Under the pieces are notes generated by a model. It did not search any database, was not told where the DNA came from, and saw only the letters and a program-made list of their open reading frames with translations. 64,000 nucleotides of DNA, from the sequence record NZ_CP118990.1; one strand, given 5' to 3'. Shown here piece by piece: positions 48,723 to 58,288 of the stretch (position 1 is the first letter of the stretch; every line of letters starts with the position of its first letter). The position numbers and the translations under genes are program-made. The stretch is from a plasmid.

Positions 48723-49733
48723 ATGAAAATAGTCAACCTGTCGCAGCGCGAGGAGGATTGGCTTGCATGGCGGCGTCGAGGCATAACCGCCACCGACGCC
48801 GCTATCTTGCTCAATCGTTCTCCGTACAAAACCCGATGGAGACTGTGGGCCGAGAAGACCGGATATGCGCGAGAAGTCGATCTGAGTCTCAATCCTTTGG
48901 TTCGCCGAGGGGTTGCGAATGAAGATTTGGCAAGGCGAGCTTTCGAGGAGAAGCATGATGACATGCTGCTCCCGGTTTGTGTCGAATCGGTACAATATCC
49001 CCTCATCCGTGCTTCGTTGGATGGATTGAGGGATTGCGGTGAGCCGGTCGAGCTGAAATGCCCGAGCGCGACTGTCTGGCAAGACGTTTGTCTTGAGAAA
49101 GCAAACAGCAACGCATACAGGCTTTACTACCCGCAGGTGCAACATCAGCTCCTGGCTACGGGTGCAAAGCAAGGGTGGCTAGTCTTCTACTTTGAAGGCC
49201 TGATCCTGGAGTTCCCCATACTCCGTGATGAAGCCATGATTCAAGAAATCTTGGCTGAGGCACAGCGGTTCTGGCAGCAGGTGGTGGACAAGAAGGAGCC
49301 CGAAAAAGATCCGGAGAAAGACCTCTTTATACCGCAAGGTAAAGAGGTTAACGCATGGATCGCTGCGGCTGAGGAGTACCGTCTTTATGATGCAGAGGCT
49401 CAGGAGCTGAAACAGCGCTTGGCCGAGTTGCAAGAGAGGCAGAAACCTCACCTCGACACCATGAAGGCCCTCATGGGGCAATACTTCCATGCCGACTACT
49501 GTGGCGTGATGGTGACAAGGTACAAAGCGGCAGGTAGGGTGGACTACAAGAAGCTGTTGGCTGACAAGGCTGCGGGTGTTAAGCCCGAAGACATCGACCA
49601 GTACAGAGAAAACTCATCAGAGCGGTGCCGAGTGACGGTAACTGGCTCGGTGAAACCACGGTACATTGTGGATGATAGGGTCTTGGCCCCTCTCCAAAAT
49701 CTATCGGAAGAAGTAACGTCAAGTTGGTGGTAA
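48723..49733 (+). CDS. exo: lambda-Exo/YqaJ-like 5'-3' exonuclease (alkaline exonuclease family)
   Basis: N-terminus ...RRGITATDAAILLNRSPYKTRWRLWAEK is a YqaJ-type motif. Located immediately downstream of bet. Confidence 0.8.
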   Translation: MKIVNLSQREEDWLAWRRRGITATDAAILLNRSPYKTRWRLWAEKTGYAREVDLSLNPLVRRGVANEDLARRAFEEKHDDMLLPVCVESVQYPLIRASLDGLRDCGEPVELKCPSATVWQDVCLEKANSNAYRLYYPQVQHQLLATGAKQGWLVFYFEGLILEFPILRDEAMIQEILAEAQRFWQQVVDKKEPEKDPEKDLFIPQGKEVNAWIAAAEEYRLYDAEAQELKQRLAELQERQKPHLDTMKALMGQYFHADYCGVMVTRYKAAGRVDYKKLLADKAAGVKPEDIDQYRENSSERCRVTVTGSVKPRYIVDDRVLAPLQNLSEEVTSSWW

Positions 49734-49791
49734 GCGGGGATTTCCCCGCTTTACCCGTTTTCCACTGTGGACTCCATGAGTCTCCAATGGA

Positions 49792-49880
49792 AAGCAGATT
49801 TTGTTCTCTTCGGAGAGCGAAAAAGTGCGATAGCTGGTCGCCAAAAACAAACAGCAAACGAACGTTTTTTTCTAGCCCAA
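49792..49880 (+). promoter_or_regulatory. R3: repeated promoter-like module
   Basis: Identical over 77 bp to R2. Followed by a type-A leader (CCGGGCGCATCCGCCCGG ... GGGACGTGATGCGCC). Confidence 0.6.
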
Positions 49881-49937
49881 CCGGGCGCATCCGCCCGGTA
49901 TGGGACGTGATGCGCCTCAAAAATATGGAGTGCATCA

Positions 49938-51130
49938 TGACTAAAGTGAACCACCTGAATCGCCTGTGCATCATTCACGTTGACTTCGACATCTGGAGCG
50001 GCCAGACCCGTTTGACCGCTGCGGACTTGAAGTTGGGAGTGGGCGGAGAAATCCCCCCCGAGAAGATTGCACTGCTCGGTAGTAAAAAAATCTGTGATCC
50101 GGCGAAGCTGAAAGGCTTCCATCGTCTGAAAACAGAAACTCGCCGTCTCCTGCTGAAATTCGGTATGCCGTTCATGAACGGTTTTGCCGTGCCGGTAGAG
50201 AAGGTCGATGAAATTACTGGAAAGCTCGATGATGTGGGCAGCCAGTTCAATGCTCTAAAACAAGACTTCATCAGGGGCTATAACATGGCTGTTGATGAGT
50301 GGTGTCTGGAGAACCCTGAATACGAAGGTGCTCTTCGCGCTGGCGCTCTCCCTAAGGAGACTGTCGAGAAGCGGATTGCCTTCGAATACCAGGCATTCAT
50401 GATCGTGGCCGATAGCGATAAAGGCCATGCAATGAAGCTCAACCGCAAGGTCGAGTGTCTCGGGGATGACCTCATTACCGAAGTTACCCAGGAAGCCAAT
50501 AAGTTCTACATGGAGCGTCTGGCGGGCCGTGATCAATGTGCTCTCACGACACGACAAACACTCCGGAACATCCGCGATAAAGTGGATGGGCTGAGCTTCC
50601 TGAACAGCGCGTTTACCCCACTGGTTAAGCTGCTCGATCAAACCCTCCGGGGTTACGATCAACATGCAGAGGGGCGAAATGTCGTTGCACCTTTCTTCTA
50701 CCAGGTTGTGGCCGCAGTGCTGATCATGAGCGATAAGGGGCGTATCGAACAATACGCCAACGGTTCGCTCACCGTGGAAGGGATGGCCGAGGGTGTGGTT
50801 GGTGCTGAGCTCGTTGCAAGCGCCGATCAGACGCCGCTCCATCAAAGTAATGCACAGCCTGCTGCACCTATTGCTCCCGAAATCGGGAACACCAATGCGC
50901 AAGCTGCTGAGGTGCTGGTTGATGAGGCTGACATCGATGCCTTCTTCAACAACTATGTAGAAAATCATGATGCTGGTGGTCAGAAAGAGGAGAAGACCGA
51001 GGCTGCACCGGTAGTACCGGACGTGGCTAAGGAACCTCTGGAAACCCCAGTGGAAAATGTAGTGGTGAATCAAACTCCCGTAGTTGAGACGCCACCGAAA
51101 GACGACGGCGTAAACGATCTTTACTTCTAA
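49938..51130 (+). CDS. hypothetical 397-aa protein (conserved between exo and cobT-like in this element)
   Basis: The true start is ATG 49937-49939 (MTKVNHLNRL), preceded by an AATATGGAG RBS region and the R3/leader. The ORF track extension from 49724 is rejected. Confidence 0.5.
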
Positions 51131-51211
51131 GCGCCTCGTTCAATAAACCTACCCGGAGGGGATAGCCACCCTCCGGGATGGACTATCTCCTTCTCTACCT
51201 GGAGAAACGAT

Positions 51212-53008
51212 ATGTCCAAGAAAAGAACCATCTATAGCGCCTTGCCTATCGTGGCAGCTGCTTATGGAGAGAAGCTCGGTGTCAAAGTGGCGATCGGTAA
51301 CGATACCGCTTACACCGACGGAAAAACCATCGTGGTACCGAATATCCCTGACGATTATCCGAACATGGATGCCGTCTGGGGGTATTTGGCTCATGAGGCT
51401 GCCCACGTCCGTTTTACGGATTTTGGCGTGCATCGCCGTAAAGGCCTTCATGCTGAGCTGTCCAACATCCTGGAGGACTGCCGCATCGAACGGGCCATGA
51501 TGGATCTCTTCCCCGGTACCGCGCAAACCCTGAACGAAGTGGCTCGTTATATGGCGCAAGCAGGCCATTATGAGCATGTTACGGATGACGAGGCCCCGGC
51601 CTCGATCCTGACAGGGTTTTGCCTCTACTGGTTGCAAACCAAGGCTGTGGGCCAAACAGTCCTGCAACCCTACCTCGATTCGGCAACCACCGTTATCGGG
51701 CGAGTGTTCCCTCAAGGTGTCGTTGTGCGGCTCAACGCTTTGCTGCGTAAAGCCGTGAATACGAAATCCACCGCTGAGGTTATTTCCTTGACCGACGAGA
51801 TCATCAAAATGATTGAGGAGGAGAAGGAGAAAGAAGAGCAAAAATCCCAGAATGGTCAGGGTGATCAAAATCAGCAAAATGCAGGTGGCGAGCAACCTCA
51901 GAACAATCCGGGCGGGAGTGGGCAGGATCAAAATCAAAGCGCAGGTGGCAATGGTGGCGATCAGCAAGGCAAAGACCAGAAGCAAGAAGGGGCTGGTGGT
52001 CAGTCTGATCCGAAAGGACAAGGCGACCAAGGCTCATCGAATGCCGATGGGAGCACTCAGGCAGGACAGCAATCTGCTGGTGGTGATAATGGCACGTCCA
52101 AACAGGACGCGGCCAAGTTGCTCCAACAGGTTCTTAATGCCGGTGCAGGTGATTTGCGTGGTGACGCGCATGATGCACTGAAAGCTGAGCTCAACCAGGT
52201 GGCACAGGAGCAGGGCAACAGCAGCTATACGACTGTTCGCACTGCCAGTGACACTCACAACAACCCCATCGCAGGTAAAAGCCTGATTGGGAATGTAAAG
52301 AGCACCACGGCCAAGATCAGAACGCAGCTCTACGGCCTGGTACAAGCCAGCCAGCGAGTTGCTCATCGCACTCAGCGTTCAGGGAAGCGTGTTGACGCAC
52401 GGAAGCTACATCGCGTAGTTACCGGCGACACCCGCGTCTTCCTCAAACCGGAAGACAAGAAACGCCCGAACACGGCGGTTCACATCCTAGTTGATATGAG
52501 CTCGTCTATGTCCTATCGGGCAGCCAATGGGAAGGAGCGTCAGGACATCGCACGGGAAGCATCCCTCGCCATTGCTATGGCGCTGGAGGCGATCCCCGGA
52601 GTGAATCCGGCCGTTACCTTCTTTGGTGGCGACGATAATCAACCGGTGTTCAGTGCTGTGAAACATGGAGAGACTGTTCAGAATCGGGCCGGTCGGTTCG
52701 GGTTCAAAGCGAGAGGTAATACCCCGATGGCGGAAGCCATTTGGTATGCTGCCTTTGAACTCACTAAGACCCGTGAAGAACGAAAGATGTTGATCGTAGT
52801 GACAGATGGGGCACCTCAAAATGCCCCGGCCTGTAGCTCTGTCATCAACCTCTGTGAACGCAGTGATGTTGAAGTAATCGGCATTGGAGTTGAGACCAAC
52901 GCGGTAACAAGACTGTTCCCAACGAACATTGTCATTGATGACGCGGCGGCTCTCCAGCGCACGTTGTTCAAGTTGCTTGAGCGGTCCCTGACCTCTTTCG
53001 CGGCTTGA
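51212..53008 (+). CDS. CobT-like von Willebrand factor A (VWA) domain protein with low-complexity Q/N/G-rich linker
   Basis: The C-terminal VWA/MIDAS region is DMSSSM...GGDDNQP...TDGAP. There is a central QNQ/GG-rich low-complexity stretch. It is the partner of the cobS-like AAA ATPase. Confidence 0.7.
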   Translation: MSKKRTIYSALPIVAAAYGEKLGVKVAIGNDTAYTDGKTIVVPNIPDDYPNMDAVWGYLAHEAAHVRFTDFGVHRRKGLHAELSNILEDCRIERAMMDLFPGTAQTLNEVARYMAQAGHYEHVTDDEAPASILTGFCLYWLQTKAVGQTVLQPYLDSATTVIGRVFPQGVVVRLNALLRKAVNTKSTAEVISLTDEIIKMIEEEKEKEEQKSQNGQGDQNQQNAGGEQPQNNPGGSGQDQNQSAGGNGGDQQGKDQKQEGAGGQSDPKGQGDQGSSNADGSTQAGQQSAGGDNGTSKQDAAKLLQQVLNAGAGDLRGDAHDALKAELNQVAQEQGNSSYTTVRTASDTHNNPIAGKSLIGNVKSTTAKIRTQLYGLVQASQRVAHRTQRSGKRVDARKLHRVVTGDTRVFLKPEDKKRPNTAVHILVDMSSSMSYRAANGKERQDIAREASLAIAMALEAIPGVNPAVTFFGGDDNQPVFSAVKHGETVQNRAGRFGFKARGNTPMAEAIWYAAFELTKTREERKMLIVVTDGAPQNAPACSSVINLCERSDVEVIGIGVETNAVTRLFPTNIVIDDAAALQRTLFKLLERSLTSFAA

Positions 53009-53017
53009 TTGAGCATA

Positions 53018-53048
53018 AAGCGGCTACCCCTGGGTAGCCGCCAGTTTT
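53018..53048 (+). terminator. terminator-like hairpin (GCGGCTACCCCTGGGTAGCCGCC followed by a T-run)
   Basis: Stem GCGGCTACCC/GGGTAGCCGC followed by AGTTTTTG. A compensated copy is at 53352-53382. A related hairpin lies at 972-992 downstream of the chromosomal binding-protein gene. Confidence 0.55.
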
Positions 53049-53113
53049 TGAACCCATCGGGGGCTGAGTTCCCCTAATGGGGATGAAGCCTCAATGTTTT
53101 TGAGGAAATCATC

Positions 53114-53314
53114 ATGGAAAACACCACAACCATCACGACCACGAAAGGCTACACACTGAAAGTGCTTCGTGAGGGTTTGTACTACCAATGCACACATCTG
53201 AATGGCGTCGAGTTGACGCCAGACTATCAAGATGTACTGGTACTGAAAACCGACGCTTCCTTCCTCTGCGGGGCGGCATACACCCCAGCAAACTGGGCCG
53301 GTGTGAAAGTGTAG
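53114..53314 (+). CDS. hypothetical 66-aa protein
   Basis: Leader plus an AGGAAA RBS precedes the ATG. Confidence 0.4.
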   Translation: MENTTTITTTKGYTLKVLREGLYYQCTHLNGVELTPDYQDVLVLKTDASFLCGAAYTPANWAGVKV

Positions 53315-53447
53315 TGTGGGATCAATCTGGTCCCGTGCTGTGAAACGATAAGCGGTTACCCCTTGGGTCACCGCCCTTTATTAAAACCCACAGGGGGCTG
53401 ATTTCCCCCTGCTGGGGGATGAGGCCTCTGATTATCGAGGAATACTC

Positions 53448-53939
53448 ATGTCCATCATTTCTTTCAACATCCAAGTAGTGAAAAAGCTTGTAGACGAACT
53501 CAAAGCCACACAAGCCTACTCAGCCAGCACTGGTGATCTGTTCAATCCCGGTATGTATCCGGATGGCGTTCCACGCGATGAACATGGCCGCAGTGAGCAG
53601 GAAGCTGAGAAGTTAGGTGGGTTCTTTTGGCCGTCTTCAAAGTACATCGACCAGAGCAAAGTGAAGCCTTCGCTGGTGCTGGTAGGGGATCATGGCTTGT
53701 ACTTGATCACCAACGCAAAAGCTGAAGGTACTCCGGCCTCTCGTGGAACAGTGGTCTATGCAGCTGGTTGCAATCCCAAGCTGGATGATGACTTCTACGA
53801 GAATAAGTGCGACCTCTTTGGTGGTGATGATGGTTCGGTAAGCCTTCCTATGGAATGGGCCGAATGGGCTATCCAGAACAAGAAGAGAACTTTCCGCTTG
53901 AAATCCACCCGCGGCTCTATTTCGTTGGTGACTAAGTGA
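53448..53939 (+). CDS. hypothetical 163-aa protein
   Basis: Leader plus a GAGGAA RBS precedes ATG 53448. Confidence 0.45.
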   Translation: MSIISFNIQVVKKLVDELKATQAYSASTGDLFNPGMYPDGVPRDEHGRSEQEAEKLGGFFWPSSKYIDQSKVKPSLVLVGDHGLYLITNAKAEGTPASRGTVVYAAGCNPKLDDDFYENKCDLFGGDDGSVSLPMEWAEWAIQNKKRTFRLKSTRGSISLVTK

Positions 53940-54059
53940 GAAATGCACCCAACAGGGTGCAATAATCCAGACGGTTGTCCCCTTTGGGGATGGCCGTCTG
54001 TCACGGTTATTTCACCCGTAAAGGGCAGCTTGAGCGTTATCGCTTATGCTGTTGCTGTG

Positions 54060-54216
54060 CAACAATTTAAGCATGAGGGGGGGGTCCCCTCCTGCTTTCC
54101 TAGGGGCATAAAATTTCACATGTGAAATTGTTTGTGTCACTCGGAAAGCAAGATTTTGCTCTTTGTCGAGAGTGAAGCGTGAGATAGCTGGTCTCCCAAA
54201 ACAAACAGCAATCTAC
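54060..54216 (+). promoter_or_regulatory. R4: terminator hairpin plus 18-bp perfect palindrome AATTTCACATGTGAAATT (54112-54129) plus promoter-like module core
   Basis: GAGGGGGGGGTCCCCTCCTGCTTTCC hairpin, then the palindrome, then ...GAGATAGCTGGTCTCCCAAAACAAACAGCAATC. Upstream of a type-A leader and the gene at 54281. Confidence 0.6.
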
Positions 54217-54280
54217 CTCAGCCCCTCGGGCGCACAGCGCCCGTTGGGTCATGTGCGTCCTCAACACTTAAGGAACGCAT

Positions 54281-54820
54281 ATGACTAACATCGAAAAAAT
54301 CAAAGCAGAAATGCTGAGCATCTCCAAGAAGAACAAGCTGCCGGAATTTTACGTGGAGGATTTGTCTAAGGACTTATCCCTCGTAGAGACGTTCAGCGGT
54401 CACAAGTTGGTATGGGTACTCCGCACTTGCGGGTCTGCCCTGGTGCCGACAAAGGTTGGGGTTCACCCCACTCATGTGACTCACTGGATCTGGGGGAACT
54501 CAGGACAGCAAATCATTACGTACTCGGTTGATACCCTTAGCGGCGTCATCGAGAAGATCGACTTCGAAGAAGCGGAACGCATGATCATGCAGCCGCCACG
54601 CCAGCTCACTCTTTCCCTCGGGAAGGAGGCTATATCCAAACAGGTCAACGAAGTGTTGGCTCTTGGGTGTGACCTCAAGGTCTGGGGGATTTTCGAGTCA
54701 CCGTCCAACGTTGACTCGATAGGTGGCTGGGCTCAGTGGCAGCAATATTTCCTGACCTCCGGAAATCACCTGATGGCTGATTTCGTGGGCAAGGCAATTC
54801 GCTTCACTAGCCAGCGCTGA
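54281..54820 (+). CDS. hypothetical 179-aa protein
   Basis: An AAGGAACGCAT RBS context, identical to that of the cobS-like gene. Confidence 0.45.
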   Translation: MTNIEKIKAEMLSISKKNKLPEFYVEDLSKDLSLVETFSGHKLVWVLRTCGSALVPTKVGVHPTHVTHWIWGNSGQQIITYSVDTLSGVIEKIDFEEAERMIMQPPRQLTLSLGKEAISKQVNEVLALGCDLKVWGIFESPSNVDSIGGWAQWQQYFLTSGNHLMADFVGKAIRFTSQR

Positions 54821-54933
54821 TAGGAGGCGATCATGATCGAACCTATCCGGTACTACTGACACTCAATAACAACCCTCTGGGGCCATGCTGCCCCAAGGGG
54901 CTGGTGGCTCCAAAACATCACTAAGGAGCCCCT

Positions 54934-55428
54934 ATGAACAACCTATCCACCTTGGAAACGATGATCACCCGTGACAGTGCGGCTCTTCGCTTTGTCGAAC
55001 AGCTCGATAAGAACGAACTGAGCTCTCTATCCGGGGAGATTTTTGCCAAGTTCTACTGGTACAAACGTAATCCCCAGTGGTTCAAAAAAGATACCAACCG
55101 ACAATTCGCTCGGCTTCGTTGGATCTGGCGCATCATCAAGAAACGCCTGAGTACCGGGCGGGCCAAGCCTGAATTGACTGTGCATGGTTCCGAGATGGAG
55201 CGCTTCAAACACCTCGGTGGAGATGCCTGGATGTTTTTCCGACATCACCTCGGAACCGGTTGGGAGATCGCTTTCGTGCCATCTCCTTACAGTGGTTTTT
55301 GGGTAAACGTGCATGAGCTACAGCTCTGTACCTACTGCGAAGGTGATGTGGTCATGATGAGGTCTCCTGATGAAGGATCCTTCGAACGTGATTACGGTCG
55401 TCTGTGCCAGTGGTACGAGGACAATTAA
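54934..55428 (+). CDS. hypothetical 164-aa protein
   Basis: Leader plus a TAAGGAG RBS. Confidence 0.45.
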   Translation: MNNLSTLETMITRDSAALRFVEQLDKNELSSLSGEIFAKFYWYKRNPQWFKKDTNRQFARLRWIWRIIKKRLSTGRAKPELTVHGSEMERFKHLGGDAWMFFRHHLGTGWEIAFVPSPYSGFWVNVHELQLCTYCEGDVVMMRSPDEGSFERDYGRLCQWYEDN

Positions 55429-55494
55429 TCCCTAACCAGGGGCGAACATGCCCCTGACGGGGGCAGGTGCGCCCCATCCAAAATGGAGGACACC

Positions 55495-56379
55495 ATGTTC
55501 AAATCGTCAGTATGCTCCTATGAAAATCGGGGGCCTTATGGAAACAACAAGTATCGCGGCAACTGCACGGGTCACATCGTAAAAGACTTTATCGAGTCTT
55601 ACATGAGAAAGCCCGAAGGCCTGGTTGCAGACCCCAGTATCGGGGGAGGATCCAGTGTCGATGTCGCCAACGAACTTGGTGTTCGTTTCAAAGGCACAGA
55701 CCTGCACCAGGGGTTCAATCTGTTGCGGGACGACTTCCGGGCGTTTCTCGGAGAGCCTGCCCATCTAATCTGGTGGCATCCACCTTACTGGGACATGATC
55801 CAATATTCCGGTGAGCAGTGGGGAGAGCCACATAAGTGGGATATGAGTCGAATGACCTTACCTGCCTTTGTGGAAGCGCTGGAGCTCGCAATCATGAATA
55901 TTCATGATGCTTGCGAACCGGGCGGCCACTACGGGATCTTGATGGGCAATCTGAGGCGGGAAGGGGACTACTACAACCTGTCCAGTCTCGTTGAGCGTCT
56001 GGCTCCTGGGAAGCTGGTGGATGAGATCATCAAGACGCAGCACAACTGTGTCAGTGATCGCACCCAGTATGCCGGGAAGCTAGTCCGTATCTCACATGAA
56101 AAGCTCCTCGTGTTTCGTCGTAGTGATTCCACTACATCGCTTCGTCTTCTTCCTGCTGTTGACCGTAGAGCCACCAAATCGGTTGCGACTACCTGGAGTG
56201 CAGCGATAAGGCGTGTGATGCAGGGAAAGACGTTAACGCTAGAGCAGATTTATCAAGAGATGGAGGCTTATGCGAAACACTTTGATAGTCAGTATTGGCG
56301 TGAAAATGTCAGGCAAATTATCGAAGACAGTAAGTTTTTTGTTCAACGCGAGGCCGGTGTCTATGCACTTGCTGAGTAG
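55495..56379 (+). CDS. putative orphan DNA methyltransferase (amino-MTase type, N6-adenine or N4-cytosine)
   Basis: Motif I-like ADPSIGGGSS and motif IV WWHPPYW (a (D/N/S/H)PPY variant). No adjacent endonuclease. The start is ATG 55495 after GGAGGACACC. The ORF call begins at 55483. Confidence 0.5.
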   Translation: MFKSSVCSYENRGPYGNNKYRGNCTGHIVKDFIESYMRKPEGLVADPSIGGGSSVDVANELGVRFKGTDLHQGFNLLRDDFRAFLGEPAHLIWWHPPYWDMIQYSGEQWGEPHKWDMSRMTLPAFVEALELAIMNIHDACEPGGHYGILMGNLRREGDYYNLSSLVERLAPGKLVDEIIKTQHNCVSDRTQYAGKLVRISHEKLLVFRRSDSTTSLRLLPAVDRRATKSVATTWSAAIRRVMQGKTLTLEQIYQEMEAYAKHFDSQYWRENVRQIIEDSKFFVQREAGVYALAE

Positions 56380-56437
56380 CCCTTCCGTGGCGTGACTTCC
56401 CGGATGGGCTGGTCACGTTCTCTTAACCCTAAGGAAC

Positions 56438-56668
56438 ATGACCATGAATATTGAGCTCCGTGCCAGCAGTGATGTGCTGTTGGTTCAGATCGAACGCAAG
56501 GGCCTTACTGTCGAAACACATTGTCGCAGTGGCTTTTGTGGCATGTGTAGGACTCGTCTCGTCAAAGGCCAAGTCGCCTATGAAGAGATGCCGATAGCAT
56601 TTGTGAACGAAGGGGAAGTATTGGTTTGTTGCGCTAAAGCAAAGACTGACGTGACCCTTGAAATTTAA
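56438..56668 (+). CDS. YfaE-like [2Fe-2S] ferredoxin
   Basis: THCRSGFCGMCRTRLVKGQVAY...PIAFVNEGEVLVCCAKAKTDVTLEI closely parallels E. coli YfaE (YQCREGYCGSCRTRLVAGQVDW...PLAFIQPGEILPCCCRAKGDIEIEM). Four conserved Cys ligands. Confidence 0.7.
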   Translation: MTMNIELRASSDVLLVQIERKGLTVETHCRSGFCGMCRTRLVKGQVAYEEMPIAFVNEGEVLVCCAKAKTDVTLEI

Positions 56669-56728
56669 CCCACCCGGAGGGGCCAACCCCCGAGGGGTGA
56701 GGTTCCTCTGAAATATGAGGAAAAGAAT

Positions 56729-57133
56729 ATGTCCACCAAAACTCAACTGGAACAGATCGCCTACAACCACGCTGCCGCGATGATGCTCAGTGATCTGGGA
56801 ACGCATGAAAATGGCTATTCAGCCTATCTGTATTTGTGCGAGCTGGCTGAAAAAAGTGAAGATTCCAACGAACAGCTACCCGACGATATTTCTGCTTGGG
56901 GGCCCTTCGAAAATTGGAATTTGCTCGATGTTCTGAATCAGATCGACTGTGAGGCCGAAGCGCTGCTTCCCACGCTGGAGACTGTTCTGACATTCGCTCA
57001 CAAAGGCATTGTGCAATCTGCTATTGATTGCACCCTGGATTCGGACATGAACCTGCTTGATCTGAAAGATATGGTCGAAAAGGGGAGTGAGCTCGAACAG
57101 GCGGAGACTGTTGGAGGTGTGTATGCAGCTTAA
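56729..57133 (+). CDS. hypothetical acidic 134-aa protein
   Basis: Leader plus a GAGGAAAAG RBS. Highly acidic composition. Confidence 0.4.
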   Translation: MSTKTQLEQIAYNHAAAMMLSDLGTHENGYSAYLYLCELAEKSEDSNEQLPDDISAWGPFENWNLLDVLNQIDCEAEALLPTLETVLTFAHKGIVQSAIDCTLDSDMNLLDLKDMVEKGSELEQAETVGGVYAA

Positions 57134-57575
57134 TCGATTCACAGCTCAAGGTGCCGACAAAAGCCGGATCCTGCGAGCCATCGGTTGGTGCCGACGTAAC
57201 CACCTTTCACTGGCTGGTCTGCCGTTTGATGAGAAGCTGTCCGGGAGTGAAGGGATCAACCTGGAGATTATTTCTCCTCCGGGTGTGTCGCGTGAAATGC
57301 TGACCCAGGCCATTAGTGAAGGCTACTCCGAGCGTGATGTCGTCAGGCATCGCATTTTGGAGTGTCCTCTAGGTTGGTTCATGGAGGCGGAAGGCCGGTC
57401 CTTTGATCAGGACATGTTCCATGACTATGTGGTTGCACATGGTTATGGAGAGCCTTCCACCGAAGCCTATGAGCTGGCAGAGAAGTGGTTCTGGCAAGGC
57501 CATGATTATGCAGTGATCGCCGCAGAAGTCGTTGCGCGTGACCTCTGCATCTGTGATGACGACGATGATGACTAA
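57123..57575 (+). CDS. hypothetical 150-aa protein with poly-Asp C-terminus
   Basis: ATG 57123 preceded by GGAGG. It overlaps the upstream stop and ends ...CICDDDDDD. Confidence 0.4.
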   Translation: MQLNRFTAQGADKSRILRAIGWCRRNHLSLAGLPFDEKLSGSEGINLEIISPPGVSREMLTQAISEGYSERDVVRHRILECPLGWFMEAEGRSFDQDMFHDYVVAHGYGEPSTEAYELAEKWFWQGHDYAVIAAEVVARDLCICDDDDDD

Positions 57576-57675
57576 GCCAATGGCCGTGATCACCGAGTTG
57601 TTGCTCATGAACTGTTAACCCACGGCGCCACTCGCCCTGATGGGGGAGGGTCCTCTGTTCACAATGGAGAAGACC

Positions 57676-57867
57676 ATGACAGAACACAGTCAACTGATAG
57701 TGTTTCCAGGGAACAATTCTGAGTCGGTTGCAGAGGCCAGGGCCATGCTGAGCGCGGTGTCGAAAGATGCCAGCCGAGCAAGCAATCCGGAGCATAAACG
57801 TGACCTTGAATCGCTTTACGACTGGCTGGAGGAGAATATCAATTCTCGTCTGGTGGGCGCGAAGTAA
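57676..57867 (+). CDS. hypothetical 63-aa protein
   Basis: TGGAGAAGACCATG start context is shared with bet (TGGAGATACACCATG) and the MTase (TGGAGGACACCATG). Confidence 0.4.
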   Translation: MTEHSQLIVFPGNNSESVAEARAMLSAVSKDASRASNPEHKRDLESLYDWLEENINSRLVGAK

Positions 57868-57934
57868 CGATGACTCTAACCCTACCGGGGCACTGTGCCC
57901 TGTTGGGGACATGGTGCCCGTCTAAGGAGCTACC

Positions 57935-58288
57935 ATGAGTGCAGTGAAACTGATCCAGAATGTAAACCAGCTTGAGCTACAACTTTTCTTTCTGGAAGAG
58001 ATGCCTAAAACCGCAGAAATTATCCCGTTAGAGCCGAAGCTTGAATGGACTGATGATGAGGTTTGGCAATTACGAGACGGACTGCTCTGGCATAGCCTGA
58101 GAGTCCTGGCCGATGGTCGAGCTGGAGTGGAGATCAAACGGGAGACGATGGGGTGGATGATGTCAGATGACATCCATCCGTTCTCGTTCGTCGTCTGTTG
58201 CGCTCAAGCGGGCTATGACCCATCTGGTATTAGGGAAGGCGTTGAGTCTATCCTAAACCGCCTTGCGCGGGTTAAAGTGGGGGGGTAA
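57935..58288 (+). CDS. hypothetical 117-aa protein
   Basis: Leader plus a TAAGGAG RBS. Confidence 0.45.
   Translation: MSAVKLIQNVNQLELQLFFLEEMPKTAEIIPLEPKLEWTDDEVWQLRDGLLWHSLRVLADGRAGVEIKRETMGWMMSDDIHPFSFVVCCAQAGYDPSGIREGVESILNRLARVKVGG

Noticed and set aside
49724-49937. Upstream extension of ORF 49724..51130 overlapping exo and the R3 module
   Set aside because: The extension reads through the repeated promoter-like module and the structured leader. An RBS-supported ATG at 49937 gives a start consistent with the other genes of the array.
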